In this document: positions 56,707 through 64,000 of the stretch, piece after piece | Numbering within the stretch: the stretch's first letter is position 1 | Layout of the letters: each line of letters starts with the position of its first letter | From: Octopus vulgaris | Lineage: Eukaryota | Reading direction: 5' to 3' | Length of the DNA stretch: 64,000 bases | NCBI GenBank assembly: GCA_951406725.2 | Contig: OX597826.1 | Coordinates: 11,532,001 to 11,596,000 of the forward strand | Made by a program: the position numbers and the translations under genes | Notes under the pieces: model-generated | What the model was told of the DNA's origin: nothing | The model's database searches: none | What the model saw: the letters and a program-made list of their open reading frames with translations, nothing else

Positions 56707-57260
56707 GAGGATGCATGGCCTAGTGGTTAGGATGTTGCACTCACAATTGCGAGATCGTGGTTTCAATTCTTAGACGGGGCAGTGTGTTGTTTTCTTGAGC
56801 AAACACCTCATCTCATATTATTCTGCCATCACATCGACACCTGATGTGTGGTACACTGTGCACCTGTCCAGGCAACGTCGATTTGATGGAGTGAGCTAGC
56901 TAATGTACTGCACATACCTATTTCTTTATTACCCACAAGGGGCTAAACACAGAGAGGACACACAAGGACAGACAAACGGATTAGGTCGATTATATCGACC
57001 CTAGTGCGTAACTGGTACTTAATTTATCGACCCCGAAAGGATGAAAGTCGACCTCAGCGGAATTTGAACTCAAAACGTAACGGCAAACGAAATACGGCTA
57101 CGCATTTCGCCTGGCGTGCTAACGTTTCTGCCAGCTCGCCGCCTTTGTACAAAGGTATGTACAGCACATACCTTTGATCACTATAAACAAATCATTTGCG
57201 TTGGTCGTTCGGAAAAAGTTGAACGCTCATACATTCTCTTCGAAGAGAGAGAGTCCGCCA
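56707..57260. mobile_element. tRNA-derived SINE (+) interrupted by a Meta-domain SINE (56918-57144, -)
   Basis: Head tggcctagtggttagg...ggtttcaattc; TSD gtac(t/a)gcacatacc around the insert; related truncated copy at ~55550-55690. Confidence 0.75.
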
Positions 57261-57689
57261 TTTAGCAATAAAAATAGCAATTTATCTTGATCACTCATCG
57301 TCCATCTCCCCAAACTCATAATCATACCTGATGGCTACATCTTGAAATCTAAAACATATAACACAGCTCATTTACATAATAGTATGCAGCTGAAGGCCAT
57401 CCCAAGAATAATTAATGGACTATCGAGTATATAGGAGTTGATATACAAATATATTGGTGGCTTATCTGAAATGAATTAATCGACAGAAATGACCTTTGCC
57501 GTGTTGGAGTGGCTGTGTGGTAAGTAGCTTGCCTACCAACCACATGGTTCCGGGTTCAGTTCCACTGCGTGGCACCTTGGGCAAGTGTCTTCTACTATAG
57601 CCTCGGGCCGACCAAAGCCTTGAAAGAGTGGATTTGGTAGGCAGAAACTGAAAGAAGCCCGTCGTACATATGCATATATATATATATAT

Positions 57690-57957
57690 CTCCCCTTATT
57701 TCGCTCTCGCGTCTCATGTTTGATCTTTGACCTCTGGCCGAAATCAGATCGCCATGTTGATTCGTTAGCTACTGCACGCATTTTTTTCTCTCCTTCTTTC
57801 TGTGTTTTTCTCTCTGTGTGTATCTTTCTGTTGAAGAGCGTAGGCTCGAAACGTTAAAGACTTGTTTTATTTATATTTCCTGAGCGCCATACTAATACAA
57901 TTGTTCGTTTGTTTTCCACCTGCCTTCGTCTTTTGTTTATTTTCATAAAGCTTCCCG

Positions 57958-57960
<3 letters not shown>
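57690..57960 (+). mobile_element. Penelope-like pLTR fragment inserted in the internal (TA)n of a CORE-type SINE
   Basis: Non-SINE block with TA runs on both sides. It carries the hammerhead motif and shares tcctgagcg...aata downstream sequence with 60440-60650. Confidence 0.55.
57823..57860 (+). ncRNA. Variant minimal hammerhead motif (core CUGUUGA)
   Basis: tcttt-CTGTTGA-a-gagc(gtag)gctc-GAAAC-GTT-aaaga; stems intact, A6 replaced by U. Confidence 0.5.
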
Positions 57961-58025
<65 letters not shown>

Positions 58026-58510
58026 GTATGTATGTATGTGTATGTATGTGTGTGTGTGTGTGTGTGTGTTTGTGTGTTTGCGTTTGTCCCAACATCGCTT
58101 GACAACCGATGCTGGTGTGTTTACGTCCCCGTAACTTAGCGGTTCAGTAAAAGAGACCGATAGAATAAGTACTAGGCTCACAAAGAAAATAAGTCCTGGG
58201 GTCGATTTGCTCTACTAAAGGCAGTGCTCCAGCATGGCCGCAGTCAAATGACTGAAACAAATAAAAGAGTTAAAGAGCAAGTGTTAGCTAAACATTATTT
58301 TATTGCACAAGCAAGGGAGACTACTTCGAATGCTTAAAGCCAATAATCACTGTTTGTAATAGAAACGGTTGTTGTGATTGGCCAGGTCTTTGCAACATGA
58401 GTTCAAATCTTGCCGAAGTCAACTTTGCTTTTTATATTTCTGATGTCGATAAACTAAAAGTCTAGTGTGATTTTTGCTCGTGACTATACAAGAAATTATT
58501 GTTAGCAAGT

Positions 58511-58898
58511 GATGGAAACACTCCGTCGGTTACGACGATGAGGGTTCCGGTTGATCCGAATCAACGGAACAGCCTGCTCGTGAAACTAACGCGTAAGTGG
58601 CTGAGCACTCCACAGACACGTGCACCCTTAACGTAGTTCTCGGGGATATTCAGCGTGACACAGAGAGTGACAAGGCCGGCCCCTTGAAATACAGGTACAA
58701 CAGAAACAGGAAGAAAGAGTGAGAGAAAGTTGTGGTGAAAGAGTACAGCAGGGATCACCACCATCCCCTGCCGGAGCCTCGTGGACCTTTTAGGTGTTTT
58801 CGCTCAATAAACACTCACAACGCCCGGTCTGGGAATCGAAACCACGATCGTATGACCGCGAGTCCGCTGCCCTAACCACTGGGCCATTGTGCCTCCAC
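58511..58898 (-). mobile_element. tRNA-derived SINE (OK-like), full length
   Basis: Same family as 9565-9954; TSD tgttagcaagt. Confidence 0.9.
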
Positions 58899-59095
58899 TG
58901 TTAGCAAGTACAACAGCCAGCGTCCTCTTGTTTATATTGGAATTTTTGATGAATTCCTGGCTAACTCTTATTTAAGATCTTCTCCTATGTTTTGTTTATT
59001 GGGAAGTAATTATTTATAAAATTACAAGAAAGATTATGCCGTATAATAATTCATTTTCTAAGCTTGTGTGTATTTTTTGCATTAATAGCAGCAGC

Positions 59096-59165
<70 letters not shown>

Positions 59166-59651
59166 ATAGTAGTAGTAGTAGCTGTTATTGTTGTATAGTT
59201 GCTGGCTGAACCGTAAGCAGTAGGAGTAACACGATGTATGTACACATGTCTGAGTGGAAGATAGCATTCAGATAAGTTTTTGACACCAGGTCAAAGAGTA
59301 CAAATTTATCAAACTACATCGGGCAACGCTCTGTTGTGAGATGTTTGGCCTCCTCGAGCTTTGACTCAGTGGTGGTGGCGGTGGTGGTGGAGGTGGAGGT
59401 GAGGTTGTAGAGTGAAAAAGAGAAAAGGAGAGGAGGTGGGTTAGAAAGAACTGATCGTCCATGCGTGAAGTTAACATTCAAGAAATTTATGATTCCTTTT
59501 TCTGATGAAGATCGGTAGAAGAAGAGAACTGGCGAAGAGTATAAAGAGAATAAAGAATGCGTTATTAGGAGAGAGGCGACCGAGACAGGAGGGGAATGTG
59601 TGTTAGAGAGACTGAAGAAAAAGTTTAAGAGGTAACCTCGGTTTCTAATTG

Positions 59652-59685
<34 letters not shown>

Positions 59686-59688
59686 ATT

Positions 59689-59750
59689 CCACGTCCACTT
59701 ATATATGCTGTGGAAGAATTTCTGTAGCACGTCAATGGCACACGTCATCA
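59689..59750 (-). promoter_or_regulatory. Candidate Pol II promoter: TATA box plus two CRE/ATF-like TGACGTG sites
   Basis: Minus strand: aTGACGTG (59741-59747), tTGACGTG (59728-59734), then TATATAAG (59698-59705) in unique sequence, pointing toward the GPCR exon. Confidence 0.3.
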
Positions 59751-60279
59751 CTGTCGTATGTGCGCTGATAATTGCGACAAGGTAAATTGGAATTTGGGTT
59801 ATAAACAAGTAATGTATTAAACAAGTAATTATTTCTCATACTTGTGTCGATCACTGGACTGTAGCCATCCTGGGGCACCACTTTGAAAAGTTTAGTCGAA
59901 TAAATCGACTCCGGTACGTTTTTTTTTTTTTTTTGCTTTTTGTTATTTTTTTAAAGTCTGGTACCTATTCTATAAATCAATTTTTATATAACCACTCAGT
60001 TACGGGGATATAAACAAACCAACACCAGTTGTCAAGCGATCGTTGGGGGACAAACACGTACACAAACACACACAAATACACACGCGCACACACAGCCCCA
60101 TAACGACACACGTGCTTTTCTTGGACTTTTTCCTCTTTCCTTTCTCTCACGAAAGGTCATGCTCGAAATGTCACACCCTCTTTTCTCCATCATAAACTTT
60201 ATCTGAGCATCAATCTAATACTTTCATTGTGTACGTCCCTTTCACTTTTGTTCTTTCCCTGTTTTCGTTTTCTATTTGC

Positions 60280-60323
<44 letters not shown>

Positions 60324-60439
60324 ATCACGTGCTCGCTTAGCCGGCGGGGTGGCGTCATTTGAAGGCTAAAACAATGCAAAGCGCATTGTGACCAGCGATG
60401 TGTAGCAACATCTGATGGCCTGGTCGGTCACGTGACTGC

Positions 60440-61110
60440 ATGTGTACCGTTGGCGATTTTTTCCCCTCCGTCTTCTCTTCCCTGGATCTTTCCTTTTCCT
60501 ATGTTTCTGACGAAGAGCTCCACTCGAAACGTAAAACCCTCCTTCTTTCCTTCCTTCCTGAGCGTCCAATAATACTATATTTGTTCCACGTCCTCGCGTT
60601 GTGTTTTCTCTTTGCGTTTTCATGTTTAGATTAACTTTATATATATAATACAAAATGGGACAAGAACGCAAAACAAATAACACGGACGGGTCATTCGAAG
60701 CCTTTAATCTTCAGTCAAGAACCGGATCATCCTCGCAATTTCGGTTGATTAATCTTGAGATTGCTCCAATCTGGCCAGCCCCAAGGAAAAACTAAGCTAA
60801 GAGCATTAGATTCCTTGGAAAAAGGATCGAATGTGTACGAAACAAGGATATAAAAGCGGACGATGTTACACGAATATAAATACAAAAACAAAACAAAACA
60901 AAAAATAATACGAATATAAATGCAATAAAACAATAATAATAACAGGACACAACAACAGGCGTCTTTCGAGCAGAGACGAATTGAACTCAGCTGGCGTATT
61001 GAGTGAGAATTAAGCCTTACGGCAGACGAAAGCAACGGTGTTAACGAGCCCGTAGTCCGACGCAAAAGGGCTACTAGTCTGCCAGCGGTCACGTGAGAAG
61101 AGAAGAGAGA
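60440..61110. mobile_element. Composite of Penelope-like pLTR fragments
   Basis: Hammerhead-bearing block 60440-60645 followed by a second repeat-like block; bounded by TA runs; no credible ORF. Confidence 0.45.
60503..60537 (+). ncRNA. Minimal hammerhead ribozyme motif in a pLTR-like repeat
   Basis: gttt-CTGACGA-a-gag(ctcca)ctc-GAAAC-GTA-aaac: all core nucleotides present, one extra A after A9, palindromic acgt stem III. Confidence 0.65.
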
Positions 61111-61113
61111 GAA

Positions 61114-61316
<203 letters not shown>

Positions 61317-61372
61317 TTAATAAGGGTGAGAGAATTAGATATTAATTTAATAGTGATTGAGTGGATTTCATC

Positions 61373-61468
61373 CAGATAGTTTTGGCTGACGAGCTACAAG
61401 TGGATTTTTTTGTAAGTAAAATTACATTTAATTCATTAATAGCGAAACAATTGTCCCAAAATAATCTG
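61373..61468 (+). ncRNA. Type I hammerhead ribozyme, copy 1 (predicted cleavage after GUC at 61455)
   Basis: Stem I cagatagttttgg/ccaaaataatctg; core CUGACGA (61386-61392); stem II gcta/tagc with a 43-nt loop; GAAAC-aatt-GUC with palindromic stem III acaattgt. Confidence 0.85.
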
Positions 61469-61903
61469 TATTTTTGTTATTTTTTATTTGCCCTGTCCGT
61501 GTGATAACAATCGTATGACTTTCATGGGAGACATGTATTTTTGTGGTTGAAACCTTTTGGATTAACTGGTGCTAGATGAGCCATATAGTGACCACTCTCT
61601 TATATTTATTTTGTAAAAATATTATAATATATTATAAAATATTATAATAATCCAGGTTTCTCGGAGCACTAGGCCACTTGGTGTTGAATGGATATACTAT
61701 TAAATTAATATCTAATTCTCTCACCCTTATTAATTAATTATAATTATGCTGCATTTATTTTTAAATGCTGTATTTGTTTTCCGTGAAAGTTTGGCGCGCT
61801 GTTAGTTGGGGCATTTGAATTATAACGTCGGATGTAATCAATTGAACCACACGCGTATTTATCGTTATGGTAAAATCTGGCGTGTGATTGAGTGGATTTC
61901 ATC

Positions 61904-61999
61904 CAGATAGTTTTGGCTGACGAGCTACAAGTGGATTTTTTTGTAAGTAAAATTACATTTAATTCATTAATAGCGAAACAATTGTCCCAAAATAATCTG
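61904..61999 (+). ncRNA. Type I hammerhead ribozyme, copy 2 (predicted cleavage after GUC at 61986)
   Basis: Identical motif to copy 1, inside the second copy of a ~185-bp direct repeat. Confidence 0.85.
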
Positions 62000-62080
62000 T
62001 ATTTTTGTTATTTTTTATTTGCCCTGTCCGTGTGAGCTAACAATCGTACTGACTTTCATGGGAGACATGTATTTTTGATT

Positions 62081-62113
<33 letters not shown>

Positions 62114-62122
62114 TATATATAT

Positions 62123-62726
62123 TACAAGGAAAAATGCGGGCGCATCATTCATGTTAATATTCTTAAGTTATTACATCTGGAAAAGTACAGAAGATTTCAA
62201 CAGTAGAATTTGTCTAATTCATAACCTGTAAAGGAAATTAAAAAGTTCTTACAATTAAAATTCTACTGCACTTAAAATATTGCAGCCGAGAATAACATTT
62301 TAAAAATTTACAATGTTTTGTTAAAACAAAAATTCTAAAAACATTACTGGGTTTTTCCAAAAATAAACCCCTCCGATTTTAAACCTATGGGCTTATATTC
62401 AGAAACTCTTTTCATATATAGCCCCAGTAAGTTATATTAATTTCAGAAAAAAAAATTTAATCAGAATTATTTAAGTCTGTATTTAAAACTATAGGCTTAG
62501 TTTTGGAAAAAACAGTATTTTAAAAATTAAATAAAATAAAATAAATTTTTAAAAATTACAGTAGAATTCGCCTAATTTGTCATTCCTAGGAAAAAATTGA
62601 AAGTGACGAATTAGGTGAAGTAACGAATTAACCAAAGACAGATAATTTTTTATGTGGAAGAATTGACTGAGCATATGGTTAATTTAAAACCATTTAATGA
62701 CCGTTCTACTGCATTTATTATTATTA

Positions 62727-62757
<31 letters not shown>

Positions 62758-63187
62758 TGTAATGGGATTTCAACTCAAGTAAAAGAAAATCTTGTGCAAT
62801 ATTATTTACAACTTCATATTTTATTGTTTGTACTTGATACAACTAAATAAAATGACTATTTTAATTGTATATTTCAGAAGATATGATTAAAAAATTATTT
62901 TTGTGTTTAAATTTATTTTTGATTTATTTTTGTACCATGATTTAAATTATTTACTTGTTTTTAGATTCTCACAATAAATAAAATAAATTATCTCAAATTT
63001 ACCTAATATATTTCAATTTTTAAAATGCTATTCTCAGCTGCAATGGTTTAAGTATAGTAGAATTTTAATTCTAAGTACTTTTTAGAGGTGACGAATTAGG
63101 CAAATTCTTTTGTAGAAATCTTCTGTACTTTTCCAGGTGTAATAACTTAAGAATATTAACATGCATGCGTCTGCATTTTTCATTGTG
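62123..63187. mobile_element. Foldback/MITE with ~170-bp imperfect TIRs, (C)AC...GTG ends and a possible 2-bp AT TSD
   Basis: 62123-~62310 is the imperfect reverse complement of ~63015-63187; internal subrepeats agtagaatt(c/t)g(c/t)ctaatt; no ORF. Confidence 0.7.
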
Positions 63188-63774
63188 ATCCTCTGTTTTC
63201 TTTCTGGCAATGCAATAAAACTAATAAATATTTGAATAAAATGAAACCTGCCTGTATATTTATTTCCTTTAGAATTAATAATGTTTTTAGAATAATGAGA
63301 AATGTAATTATGACATTTTTATATCGAAACAAAGTGCATAATAGGAACGCGCCATAAATGAAAGAGCAAAAATTCATTATGAAAAATAATTTTCTATATA
63401 ATAATGAATATTAATGCAATGCTAATTTTATGATAAAATCAAGAAATAAATTAGCTATATCTATACATAGTAAGAAGAGCTAGCTATAAGAGGCATGAGT
63501 ATATATAAAAATCCAAAGAGAGCCAATGCATCCACCGTAAGGCAAGAGGGGCCACCTGCCCTTGTTATGGCAAAGTTAGTCGAAATTCATGTAAAAGGAA
63601 AATAATGCCTGCAATTCTGTTATTGTTCTTGTCAACTTGCCTAAAAATTAAAAAAAATTTGAATCCTGCGACTCTGAAAATCCAATCATACTATCTGAAA
63701 GCAAAAATCTTGTTAATTTACCCTAAGAAATAATAATCTAAATTCTGATACTCTTAATATTTAAATTTCATTTT

Positions 63775-63980
63775 TCTGGATTTGGTTTGCAAGATTCTTT
63801 ATATGAGTTCGTGTGTTGAAGCATATTCTGTTGTGTCTGGGGAGAGTCATTTTCTTTTTGTACCTTTTAATGTAACACACTCACCGGTAAAGTTTCCACT
63901 TATTAATTTTATTTTCCTAAAATTTTCGTTGCGTCTTGCAACCTTTTCAATAGTTTTGACTCTGTCCGTTATTTACACTC
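63775..63980. repeat. Dispersed ~200-bp repeat, copy 2
   Basis: tggatttggtttgcaagattctttatatgagttcgtgtg...actctgtcc.ttatttacact shared with 35565. Confidence 0.8.
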
Positions 63981-64000
63981 TTAATATTTAATATTTAAAA

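Larger units (their letters stand above)
57505..58277 (+). mobile_element. CORE-type SINE split by a pLTR insertion
   Basis: 5' half 57505-57665, 3' half 58070-58277. Confidence 0.85.

Noticed and set aside
59051-59477. Pro-rich and Thr-rich minus-strand ORFs as a possible GPCR N-terminus
   Set aside because: Driven by (GGT)n and (TAG)n repeats; short, and no splice donor linking them to a TM1.

Overview
Eukaryotic, AT-rich, microsatellite-saturated genomic DNA. The SINE families present match those I recognise from Octopus (cephalopod) genomes; that assignment is from recall, not a search. Almost all ORFs in the supplied track are translations of simple repeats or SINEs. The one convincing host coding exon is on the minus strand (51484-52146) and encodes TM3 to the C-terminus of a divergent class A GPCR. 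There is also a plausible plus-strand terminal coding exon at 19076-19152. The rest is mostly mobile DNA: several tRNA-derived SINE families (Meta-domain, CORE-type, OK-like, V-domain-like), a full-length decayed Tc1 element, two mariner remnants, piggyBac, hAT and CAC...GTG MITEs, RTE and R4/Dong LINE fragments, and several long palindromes. The most interesting signal is a set of type I hammerhead ribozyme motifs in non-coding Penelope-like or retrozyme-like units next to (TA)n. Two intact, identical copies lie in direct repeats with predicted cleavage sites 531 nt apart (after 61455 and 61986), which could release a self-cleaving, circularisable RNA. A second unusual element (31939-32911) has TGT...ACA ends, a 6-bp TSD and an A-X-A-A' architecture.
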